From contig CAVXYC010000029.1 in assembly GCA_963765765.1 (NCBI GenBank), positions 96,001-160,000 on the forward strand: 64,000 bases of DNA, given 5' to 3'. How positions within the stretch are numbered: the first letter of the stretch is position 1; each line of letters begins with the position of its first letter. Position numbers and translations under genes: made by a program. This document shows, one piece after another, positions 1-9,707 of the stretch. Under the pieces are notes generated by a model that had not been told where the DNA came from, ran no database searches, and saw only the letters and a program-made list of their open reading frames with translations. This DNA is from an uncultured Chloroflexia bacterium. GTDB taxonomy: Bacteria; Chloroflexota; UBA6077; JACCZL01.

Positions 1-182
1 CGGGGCCAAGCGGCGCTCGACCGGACAAACCAGTCGGGCTTGTATTCATTGCTATAAGCGGTCCGTCTGGCGATGATGAGCCGCGGCGTGAGGTCTGGCA
101 AGGGTCGCGAGAATCCAACCGAGCGCATTCAGTCGAATGTGCAATTGAGTCGCTTCTGAAATACGCGGCAAGAGAAAATTAG
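1..182 (+). CDS. cinA: CinA/PncC (nicotinamide-nucleotide amidohydrolase) C-terminal part, truncated by the window edge
   Basis: Frame 3 reads [21 protein letters not shown]...LLKYAAREN* (TAG 180-182). KPVGLVFIA is the CinA C-terminal motif, and the cinA-recA gene order is canonical. Confidence 0.85.
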   Translation, partial: GPSGARPDKPVGLVFIAISGPSGDDEPRREVWQGSRESNRAHSVECAIESLLKYAAREN

Positions 183-199
183 AACGTTTGTGCTATAAT
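181..199 (+). promoter_or_regulatory. LexA (SOS) box overlapping the extended -10 of recA
   Basis: AGAAC-GTTT-GTGCT (181-194) has one mismatch to AGAAC-N4-GTTCT and overlaps TGcTATAAT (-10 at 194-199). Confidence 0.8.
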
Positions 200-238
200 C
201 GTGCAGTTCCCAGAGAGCGACGGCGTAAGGAGTTAGGG

Positions 239-1312
239 ATGGCGGAGCGCGAGCCGAACAAAGACAAAGACAAGGCTATCGAGCTAGCAGTCTCTCAGAT
301 CGAGCGGGCGTTTGGTAAAGGATCCATCATGCGTCTGGGCGAGGCGTCCGCCAGGATGGCCGTGGAATCGATCCCCACTGGCTCGATCGCGCTCGATCTG
401 GCGCTGGGCATTGGCGGAATTCCACGCGGCCGAATCACCGAGATCTACGGGCCAGAAGCCTCAGGGAAAACAACCCTCGTTCAGCACGTCATTGCCGAAG
501 CGCAGCGCAACGGCGGCGTGGCAGCTCTTGTGGACGCGGAGCATGCCCTGGATCCGACATATGCAAAGAACTGTGGCGTGGACGTAGAAGAGCTTTTTAT
601 CTCTCAACCAGACACAGGTGAGCAGGCGCTCGAGATTGCCGAAGCGCTGGTTCGGAGTGGAGCAATGGACATCGTGGCCATTGACTCTGTTGCGGCGCTA
701 GTTCCACGCGCAGAGCTCGAAGGTGACATGGGCGATGCGCACGTTGGTCTTCAAGCGCGACTCATGTCGCAGGCCCTGCGGAAACTCACCGGCGCTATTA
801 GCCGATCCAAGACGGCTGTGGTCTTCACCAACCAACTCCGTGAGAAGGTTGGCGTCATGTTTGGCAATCCTGAGACAACGCCGGGCGGCCGTGCATTGAA
901 GTTCTACGCGTCGGTTCGACTGGATGTGCGGCGCATCGACGCAATCAAGCAGGGCACAGAAGTGCTTGGCAGTCGGACACGTGTCCGTGTGGTGAAAAAC
1001 AAGGTTGCGCCTCCTTTCCGCACGGCTGAGTTCGACATCATGTACAACGAGGGCATCTCCAAGGCCGGCGGACTACTCGATGTCGGCACGGAGCTCGGTA
1101 TCGTTCGCAAGACGGGCGCGTTCTATTCGTTCGCGGATATGCGCCTTGGACAGGGGCGTGAGAATGCAAAGGAGTTCCTCCGTCAGAACTTCTCAGTTGC
1201 TGTGGATATCGAGCAGCAGATCCGTGATCTTACTGTGAAGCGGGAGCCCGATGAGCTCGTGCCGGCCAACGGGATTCCACTTGACGAGGAAGAATCGGAA
1301 GATCTCCTCTAA
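239..1312 (+). CDS. recA: Recombinase A
   Basis: Walker [32 protein letters not shown]. Start moved to ATG 239, after the AAGGAG RBS. Confidence 0.99.
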   Translation: MAEREPNKDKDKAIELAVSQIERAFGKGSIMRLGEASARMAVESIPTGSIALDLALGIGGIPRGRITEIYGPEASGKTTLVQHVIAEAQRNGGVAALVDAEHALDPTYAKNCGVDVEELFISQPDTGEQALEIAEALVRSGAMDIVAIDSVAALVPRAELEGDMGDAHVGLQARLMSQALRKLTGAISRSKTAVVFTNQLREKVGVMFGNPETTPGGRALKFYASVRLDVRRIDAIKQGTEVLGSRTRVRVVKNKVAPPFRTAEFDIMYNEGISKAGGLLDVGTELGIVRKTGAFYSFADMRLGQGRENAKEFLRQNFSVAVDIEQQIRDLTVKREPDELVPANGIPLDEEESEDLL

Positions 1313-1356
1313 GGGGTGCCCCCTAGCCCCCTGGACATGGAGCACGGGGATAGCTC

Positions 1357-2001
1357 GTGGAAGGATTCATTACCGCAATAGAGCCTCAGCAGCGACGCGG
1401 CGGGAAACGTGTCAACGTATTCCTGGATGACCGTTACGCGCTCAGCGTTCGGCTCGACATGGCCGACTCATTGCGAGTCGGCCAATTCATTTCTTCGGAG
1501 CAGTTCAGACGACTGTGCGATGGAGATGAGCGCGCTCGGGCCCTTGACGCAGCGCTTCAATTTCTGGGGTACCGTCCTCGTTCTGAGAAGGAGCTGCGAA
1601 CCAGACTCAAATCCAAGGGCTACTCCGACGTGATTTTGGATCACATCATCCATCGACTCGGTGAGTTGGATCTCGTGGACGACAAGGCTTTCGCCGCCTA
1701 CTGGGTGGAGCAACGGCAAGGCCGTGCACCACGCGGCCGACGACTCATCGATCAAGAGCTGCGGATGAAGGGCGTCGCGGTTGAGACCATCCAGAACGCA
1801 ACGGAAGATTCGACCGACGAAGCCGAGCTCGCCTATCGTGCAGGCGAAAAGCGAGCCCGGGCTCTAGCTTCTCTGGACGACCGTGAGTTCAAGCAGCGAC
1901 TCGGAGCATTCCTACAGCGTCGCGGCTTCGACTGGGAGTCGATCTCCACGGCTGTCCGCCGATTGCGAGCGGATGTGGCCAGTCAGTCTGGCGACTTTTA
2001 G
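1357..2001 (+). CDS. recX: Regulatory protein RecX
   Basis: RPRSEKEL...LVDDKAFA...ELRMKGV...FLQRRGF motifs; immediately downstream of recA. Confidence 0.95.
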   Translation: MEGFITAIEPQQRRGGKRVNVFLDDRYALSVRLDMADSLRVGQFISSEQFRRLCDGDERARALDAALQFLGYRPRSEKELRTRLKSKGYSDVILDHIIHRLGELDLVDDKAFAAYWVEQRQGRAPRGRRLIDQELRMKGVAVETIQNATEDSTDEAELAYRAGEKRARALASLDDREFKQRLGAFLQRRGFDWESISTAVRRLRADVASQSGDF

Positions 2002-2015
2002 GGCTCACTACGAGT

Positions 2016-2049
2016 AAGGCCGCACTTTTGTGGGTGCGGCCTTTTTTTT
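2016..2049 (+). terminator. Rho-independent terminator between recX and convergent glnA
   Basis: AAGGCCGCAC-loop-GTGCGGCCTT followed by a T-tract. Confidence 0.9.
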
Positions 2050-2074
2050 ATTCAGGTGAGCCGATAAGGCGGAC

Positions 2075-3415
2075 TCAGAACGTCGATAGGTACCTGTCGC
2101 GCTCCCATTGGCTGACCTGGCGACGGTACTCATCCCACTCCGCACGCTTGGCTTCGGAGAACCATTCATAAACGTGCTCCCCTAGAGCTTCGCGGATGAC
2201 CTCATCCTTGGTGAGCTCATCGAGGGCTTCGCGAAGTGTACCTGGAAGTACGGCCACCGCGTACTTGTCCATCATTGCATCGTCGATTTGATAGAGGTTC
2301 TCTTCGACGGGCCGCGGAACCTCGAGCTCGTTCCGGATACCGTCAAGTCCGGCTGCCAGCATTACTGAGAAGGCCAAATACGGGTTGCTCGAGGGGTCAG
2401 GGCAGCGAAGCTCAATTCGTGTTGCCTCAGATCTCCCCCGTGTTGTTTGGGGTACCCGAATGAGCGCCGAGCGATTAATCCGTGCCCAGCTTACGTACAC
2501 CGGCGCCTCGAAGCCCGGAACAAGTCGCTTGTACGAATTCACCAACGGCGCAAGGATCGCGATCATGCCGCGTGCATGCTTCAATTGGCCAGCGATAAAA
2601 TGCCGCGCCAGTTTTGAGAGCTGATACTCGTCGTTGGAGTCGTAGAAGAGATTCTCGCCCGTCTTGACGTCAGCTAGGCTCTGGTGCGTGTGCATCCCTG
2701 AGCCGTTGATACCGAAGAACGGTTTGGGCATGAACGTGGCGTACAAGCCATTCCGCTGAGCAATGGCTTTGAGCGCCATCCGAAACGTCACCGCATTGTC
2801 GGCCGTCGTCAGCGCGTCGCCGTATTTGAAATCGATCTCGTGCTGACCAACGGCCACTTCGTGGTGACTCGCTTCCACGACGATGCCGAACGCCTCCAGC
2901 GCGTTGACCATCTCCTTGCGCACGTCGTCGCCTTGGTCGGTCGTAACGTCAAAGTAGCCTGCGTTATCGTGCGGCGTAGATGGAATCAGATCCGTACCGT
3001 TGCTCTTGAGCAGGAAGAACTCCAGCTCAGGTCCGGTCTGGAACTTGAAGCCCATTTCGGCCACGCGATTCACCTGACGTCGCAACACCCCTCGAGGGTC
3101 TCCGGCAAACGGCTCGCCATCAGGTGTGTAGACATCGCAGACGACGCGCGCGGTTCGAGAATCACCAGTGGTCCATGGGATTAACGCATACGTTTCGAGA
3201 TCCGGCTGAAGGTACATGTCGCTCTCGTGAATTCGCGTGAATCCTTCGATTGACGACCCGTCAAACCAGAGACCGTGGTCAATAACGTCAGAAAATTTGT
3301 GGACGGGAATCGTGACATTCTTGATGACGCCAAGAATGTCAGTGAATTGGAAGTTCAAGAAGCGAACGCCTTCGCGTTGAGCTGTCTCGAAAACCTCGTC
3401 CGCTGTCCTAGGCAT
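2075..3415 (-). CDS. glnA: Glutamine synthetase type I (GSI-alpha-like)
   Basis: FDGSSIEGF, HHEVAVGQHEIDF, NGSGMHTHQS, NRSALIRVP, RIELRCPD. Confidence 0.95.
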   Translation of the reverse strand: MPRTADEVFETAQREGVRFLNFQFTDILGVIKNVTIPVHKFSDVIDHGLWFDGSSIEGFTRIHESDMYLQPDLETYALIPWTTGDSRTARVVCDVYTPDGEPFAGDPRGVLRRQVNRVAEMGFKFQTGPELEFFLLKSNGTDLIPSTPHDNAGYFDVTTDQGDDVRKEMVNALEAFGIVVEASHHEVAVGQHEIDFKYGDALTTADNAVTFRMALKAIAQRNGLYATFMPKPFFGINGSGMHTHQSLADVKTGENLFYDSNDEYQLSKLARHFIAGQLKHARGMIAILAPLVNSYKRLVPGFEAPVYVSWARINRSALIRVPQTTRGRSEATRIELRCPDPSSNPYLAFSVMLAAGLDGIRNELEVPRPVEENLYQIDDAMMDKYAVAVLPGTLREALDELTKDEVIREALGEHVYEWFSEAKRAEWDEYRRQVSQWERDRYLSTF

Positions 3416-5132
3416 GCCGTGCTCTCTTTCGTGATTGGTTGGGGCTCATCGACTCCTGCACCTCAGCCGGAAGGCCGAAGGATGATTCGTCTGATCCAGT
3501 ATGCGCGAGCAAGCGCCGGCCCCTGAGCGCAAGCTGCACCGCTAATCGGGTGTCGCTATCGTCGAGCTCCCGACCGAGCACCTTCTGTGCTCGGTCGAGC
3601 CGGTAAAGCAGCGAATTTCTGTGGAGGTGAAGCTCCTGAGCCGTACGGACGTGATTTCCATTGCATGAGATGAACATCGCAACCGTTGACACGAGCTCGG
3701 ATCTATGCTGGAGATCGTAGTCTTCGAGCGGGCCGATGACGTCTGAGACGAACTCGCGCAATGCCTGGCTGGATCGAAGCTCGAGCAACAGCCGATCGGC
3801 GCCCAGTTGATCGAAGTGAACCGTACAGTCGCCGGCGTGCATAAGCTCAGCGGCAACGAGCGCTTGTTGCGCCTGTCGGTGTCCCGCCGCGAACTCGGCC
3901 GGACTTCTACAGACTCGACTGACTCCTGCGGAGAGAGCAAGGTTTTCGAGGCTCGATGTAAGTGCCCCTCGAATCTCTTCGACCCGCTCCTGGATCTGGT
4001 CATCGGACTGAAGTCGACGTAACGGAAGCAAAGCGGAGAGTCGAGGTCCGGTGTCGCGGAGGAGCGCCGCCGGCTCAATGCGGCGCAGCTCGCGTCGCGC
4101 CGGTTCCAGCCAACGGAGCGGTCGAATGACGTTGTCGTCCACAGGCCCAGAGGCTACGCTGAAGCAACACACGACATGTGGCAAACTCAGGTCATACCCG
4201 AGGGCTCGCGCACGGAAAACTGCCGCCTCTTCGGAAGGGAACGTGCCCGCTAGAAGATCTTCAACCAGGTCGCCCTGAACTCTGAGCTGAACCTCCGTAA
4301 CGGCACGCTGTTTGGCGACTTCCATTGCCAGGACCGACGTCGCTCGATGCGCCAGCTCGGTATCGAAGTCATTGAAGGATTCAGCGACGCCGATCAGTGC
4401 AAGATATCCCGCCGCCGTGCCTTTGAGCATGAGTGGGATAATGAGCGTCTCCTGCTGAACGCCACTGGAGTCAGCCAGCGGAATTGGCGCAGAGCGACGA
4501 GATCCGCGAGGCATTGACTGAATGTGCTGAGCGCACGTCGCCAGCAACGACGCAGGCGGCTCTGAGTTGGGGACGCTCACCTGGACGTGGACGTACTCGT
4601 CAAGCACAACGACTTGCTTACCAGTAGCTTCGGCTACAACTCCTGCCACCGTAACAGACCCTTGCTCATCCATGAGGCAGGACACGAGGTGCTCGTAGAT
4701 CTGCTCGAGTCGCCGTCGAATTTGCCCGTCTCGGTCAATAATGAGACTTACGATCGAACGCTCGGCTTCTGCGAGAGAGGTGTCCGATGGAAGACGCAGT
4801 AGGGGCGTAAGGGCCTGGTTGGCCGCGGCGGTCGCGTCATCTGGACACCGGTCGCTCAGCACGAAAGCACCGACACCGGCTTCTGCCAGGTCTCGGATCA
4901 GTCGAGGAAGCAGGCGTGGATCCGAGCTGAACTGACCGGCGGAGTTCTGTACCAGCACGAGCTCGCCGGCTTCGATGGATCCGAGCGAAACCGGACGCGA
5001 TCCCAGGGAGCGCGCCCAGGTGATGGGTCTCTCAAGCTCGTCGAGCCCCGCGAGCACCTCCGTCCCGGGCGGCAGGGCAAGCCGCAATACCTCGGCTAAT
5101 GTGACCAAAGATCGGCTATTCGAACGCATCAA
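3408..5132 (-). CDS. PucR/CdaR-family transcriptional regulator
   Basis: N-terminal PucR-like domain (VLAGLDELERPITW), GAF-like middle, C-terminal HTH_30 (TAQELHLHRNSLLYRL). Stop overlaps the glnA start. Confidence 0.9.
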   Translation of the reverse strand: MMRSNSRSLVTLAEVLRLALPPGTEVLAGLDELERPITWARSLGSRPVSLGSIEAGELVLVQNSAGQFSSDPRLLPRLIRDLAEAGVGAFVLSDRCPDDATAAANQALTPLLRLPSDTSLAEAERSIVSLIIDRDGQIRRRLEQIYEHLVSCLMDEQGSVTVAGVVAEATGKQVVVLDEYVHVQVSVPNSEPPASLLATCAQHIQSMPRGSRRSAPIPLADSSGVQQETLIIPLMLKGTAAGYLALIGVAESFNDFDTELAHRATSVLAMEVAKQRAVTEVQLRVQGDLVEDLLAGTFPSEEAAVFRARALGYDLSLPHVVCCFSVASGPVDDNVIRPLRWLEPARRELRRIEPAALLRDTGPRLSALLPLRRLQSDDQIQERVEEIRGALTSSLENLALSAGVSRVCRSPAEFAAGHRQAQQALVAAELMHAGDCTVHFDQLGADRLLLELRSSQALREFVSDVIGPLEDYDLQHRSELVSTVAMFISCNGNHVRTAQELHLHRNSLLYRLDRAQKVLGRELDDSDTRLAVQLALRGRRLLAHTGSDESSFGLPAEVQESMSPNQSRKRARHA

Positions 5133-5145
5133 TCAGGGTCCATTC

Positions 5146-5162
5146 CTGTGCATACTATACAA
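5146..5162 (-). promoter_or_regulatory. Putative PucR-family operator (TTGT-N9-ACA) over the regulator's own -10
   Basis: Minus strand TTGTAT-AGTAT-GCACAG has the same TGT-N9-ACA spacing as the B. subtilis PutR box TTGTGG-N5-CCACAA. Confidence 0.35.
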
Positions 5163-5248
5163 TCGATTCTCCAGTCGTGTGCATGCCGTCCAATAAGCTG
5201 AACGTGTCCTAGCCTCTCTCGTAGGTCGCTTACGAAGGTCCGTTCTGG

Positions 5249-5277
5249 TTGACGGTACACCGCGCCCGGCGTATCAT
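5249..5277 (+). promoter_or_regulatory. Sigma70-type promoter of the pyr operon
   Basis: TTGACG-N17-TATCAT. Confidence 0.75.
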
Positions 5278-5319
5278 TCTCGTAGCAGACAGATACGTTC
5301 GATATCGGACGTGGACGTC

Positions 5320-5420
5320 ACCTTTAAACCGGTACCAGAGACCGGAAAGGCGGCGACATGACACTTCATAGCGAGTCTGGGCCCCGACATGCCTTGAATA
5401 GGGCATTCGGGGATTTTTAT
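5320..5420 (+). promoter_or_regulatory. PyrR-binding loop and attenuator terminator
   Basis: CCTTTAAACCGGTACCAGAGACCGGAAAGG matches the PyrR binding-loop consensus (UUUAA...CCAGAGA). It is followed by hairpin CCCCGACATGCC...GGCATTCGGGG plus a T-tract (5382-5420). Confidence 0.85.
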
Positions 5421-5433
5421 TGCCTGGAATTGA

Positions 5434-7082
<1,649 letters not shown>

Positions 7083-7106
7083 TGTCCAGTCATCCAGACA
7101 GGAATC

Positions 7107-7249
7107 GGGCGACCCACCCCAACCCTCCCCGTGCGCGGGAAGGGGGCCGGATTTGAGAATTTCTTGCATATGGCGCGCGGTCGAATCGGAAATTTCTCGG
7201 GAAGCCGGCCCCCTCCCCGCGCACGGGGAGGGTTGGGGCGGGGTCGCCC
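7107..7249. repeat. REP/REPIN-like fold-back element inside the pyr operon
   Basis: ~44-bp near-perfect inverted repeats: GGGCGACCCACCCCAACCCTCCCCGTGCGCGGGAAGGGGGCCGG (7107-7150) and CCGGCCCCCTCCCCGCGCACGGGGAGGGTTGGGGCGGGGTCGCCC (7205-7249). Confidence 0.85.
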
Positions 7250-7268
7250 TCACGCCAGGACCCCACTC

Positions 7269-8576
7269 ATGAACGGCCGGCTCCGCATCGTCCGCGGCCG
7301 CATCGTGGACCCTTCTCGCGCCCTGGATACGGTGGGCGACGTCATCGTGGAGCGCGGTGTTATCACGGGGATTACGCGATCGTCCGCGCCGATGGACGGT
7401 GAGACGCTCGTGGATGCCGAGGGCTGCATCGTAGCGCCGGGATTCATTGATCTCCACGCGCATCTACGCGAGCCGGGCTACGAGCACCAAGAGACGCTTT
7501 CGAGCGGTGGTCGAGCAGCGGCGGCCGGGGGATTCACAACGGTCTGCGCAACGCCCGACAGCGACCCCACAGTAGATACGGCTTCCGATGTCGAATCACT
7601 GATCTCCGCGGCAAGGAGCTCAGCGCCAATCCGGATTCTGCCACTCGGAACCGTTTCCAGACGTCAGCGCGGGGAAGAGCTTTCAGAGATGGTTGGGATG
7701 GCAACGGCTGGCGCAGTCGGATTCACCGATTCACCGCGTCACACTCGCAATGCTCGCATGCTCAAGCACGCGCTCGATTACAGTCGAATTGTGGAGCGTC
7801 CGATCATCGAGCAGCCCGAGGATTATGAGCTCGCCTACGGGGGACTCATGCACGAAGGGCCGGAAGCGACGTTATTGGGGCTGCCTGGTATTCCGCCCGA
7901 GGCGGAGGAGGTTGCCATTGCTCGAGCCATTGCGCTCGCACGTCTGACCGGCGGTCGGCTGCACCTCACCCTGGTCAGCACCGCTCGAGGCGTCGAGCTG
8001 GTGCGTAGGGCTAAGGAGTCTGGAATCCCCGTGACCGCCGATGTTACACCTCACCATCTCACCATGACCGACGCCTGGCTTGCCGGAAAAGGACACTCTG
8101 CTCGAATGTACGATCCCAACTGCAAAGTGTCGCCTCCGCTTCGGTCTGAGGAGGATCGGCAGGCTCTCGTCACAGGATTGAACGACGCCACGCTCGATTG
8201 CGTGGTGACGGACCATTTTCCGCTCACGCTCGTAGATAAACTCTGCGAGTTCGATCAAGCGGAATCAGGCATGGTGGGCCTGGAAACGGCACTCGCCTTA
8301 TTACTCCAGCTTGTGGAGAGCGGCGAAGTATCGTTCCCTCGCCTGCTGGCCGCGCTCACCACTGAGCCAGCTCGCGTGTTGGGCCTCGACGCCGGGACCC
8401 TCCGACAGGGCGCCCGCGCGGATGTGGTCGTTTTCCGTCCGGATGCGGAATGGACGGTGAATCCGGCACGCTTCATGTCTCGCGGACGCAACACGCCGCT
8501 GGATAGTGCTCAGCTCAAGGGGCGCGTGCTCCTCACAATCGTCGCAGGCGACGTGGTACATCGGGAGGCCGCTTGA
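7269..8576 (+). CDS. pyrC: Dihydroorotase-family protein (long type), probably catalytically impaired PyrC'-like
   Basis: PGFIDLHAHLREPG, VTPHHL, KVSPPLR and TDH motifs are present, but several His ligands are substituted (see findings). The ORF's upstream extension from 7131 is the repeat. Confidence 0.9.
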   Translation: MNGRLRIVRGRIVDPSRALDTVGDVIVERGVITGITRSSAPMDGETLVDAEGCIVAPGFIDLHAHLREPGYEHQETLSSGGRAAAAGGFTTVCATPDSDPTVDTASDVESLISAARSSAPIRILPLGTVSRRQRGEELSEMVGMATAGAVGFTDSPRHTRNARMLKHALDYSRIVERPIIEQPEDYELAYGGLMHEGPEATLLGLPGIPPEAEEVAIARAIALARLTGGRLHLTLVSTARGVELVRRAKESGIPVTADVTPHHLTMTDAWLAGKGHSARMYDPNCKVSPPLRSEEDRQALVTGLNDATLDCVVTDHFPLTLVDKLCEFDQAESGMVGLETALALLLQLVESGEVSFPRLLAALTTEPARVLGLDAGTLRQGARADVVVFRPDAEWTVNPARFMSRGRNTPLDSAQLKGRVLLTIVAGDVVHREAA

Positions 8577-9682
8577 CCGTGACTCAGATTGCTTCTTCGC
8601 CCCGCTGGGGAGCGCTCGTTCTAGAGGATGGCTCCAGCTTTGTGGGCAAGATGTTTGGAGCAGACGGGGAAACGGCCGCCGAAGTCGTTTTCAACACCGG
8701 CCTCACGGGTTATCAGGAGATCTGCACAGATCCTTCGTATCGCGGTCAGATGGTGGTGATGACGCATCCGCAGATCGGCAACTACGGGGTCTCGGATCGT
8801 GTGCGCGAATCAGACCAGCCCTGGCTGGCTGCACTCATCGTTCGGGATGCGTCGCCGGAGCCGCATCACTGGGATTCGCACACCACGATTGACGCGTACC
8901 TCTCCGAGTTCGGGATTCCGGGGCTGGCGGAGGTGGATACCAGAGCTATTACTCGTCGACTACGTACGCTGGGCACGCTTCGAGGTGTGCTGGCAAGAGT
9001 GCCGAGGCGACAGATCGATCTAGTGACGCGTGAGTCACTGGCGGAGCGCGCTCGTGCGTTGACGCTGCCCGTCATGGTGGGCGAAGTGTCTGGCCATACG
9101 CCATCGATGCTTGCGGAGTCCGATGGGCCGAGCATCGCGGTCGTCGACTGTGGCGTGAAATGGAGCATTGTGAGTCAGATCGAGAAACGTGGAGCCCGAG
9201 TCGTCCCATTTCCCTGGGACGTTTCGGCGGAGACCCTCATGGACGCACGACCGGACGGCGTGCTCATCGGAAATGGTCCAGGTGACCCAGCACTACTCGA
9301 TGCGCCGGTTCAGACCGCCACACGCTTGCTCGAATCGGGAACGCCGCTTCTGGGTATCTGTTTAGGACACCAGATCATTGGCCGCGCCGGCGGTGGCGAA
9401 ACGACGCGGCTGCCGTTTGGCCATCACGGCGCTAACCACCCCATCAAAGATGAGCGCAACGGACGTGTCTACATCACGAGCCAGAATCACGAGTTCCAGG
9501 TCGCGGAGACGCGCGAGCTACTGGAATCCGGCTTCCGAGTCAGTCACCGCAGCCTCAATGACGGTTCAGTGGAAGGACTTGTTCACGGTGAGCTTCCCGT
9601 AAGGACGGTCCAATTTCATCCCGAGGGCGGCCCTGGGCCCAAGGATGCTGCAACGATCTTTGACGAGTTCCTCTGGCCCTAG
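8573..9682 (+). CDS. carA: Carbamoyl-phosphate synthase small subunit
   Basis: EVVFNTGLTGYQE, GICLGHQ (catalytic Cys), QFHPE. Confidence 0.97.
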   Translation: MTVTQIASSPRWGALVLEDGSSFVGKMFGADGETAAEVVFNTGLTGYQEICTDPSYRGQMVVMTHPQIGNYGVSDRVRESDQPWLAALIVRDASPEPHHWDSHTTIDAYLSEFGIPGLAEVDTRAITRRLRTLGTLRGVLARVPRRQIDLVTRESLAERARALTLPVMVGEVSGHTPSMLAESDGPSIAVVDCGVKWSIVSQIEKRGARVVPFPWDVSAETLMDARPDGVLIGNGPGDPALLDAPVQTATRLLESGTPLLGICLGHQIIGRAGGGETTRLPFGHHGANHPIKDERNGRVYITSQNHEFQVAETRELLESGFRVSHRSLNDGSVEGLVHGELPVRTVQFHPEGGPGPKDAATIFDEFLWP

Positions 9683-9707
9683 TTCGTGATTCCGCAGAGA
9701 GGCGCTA

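Noticed and set aside
7131-7268. Arg/Gly-rich N-terminal extension of PyrC
   Set aside because: It is translation of the inverted-repeat element.
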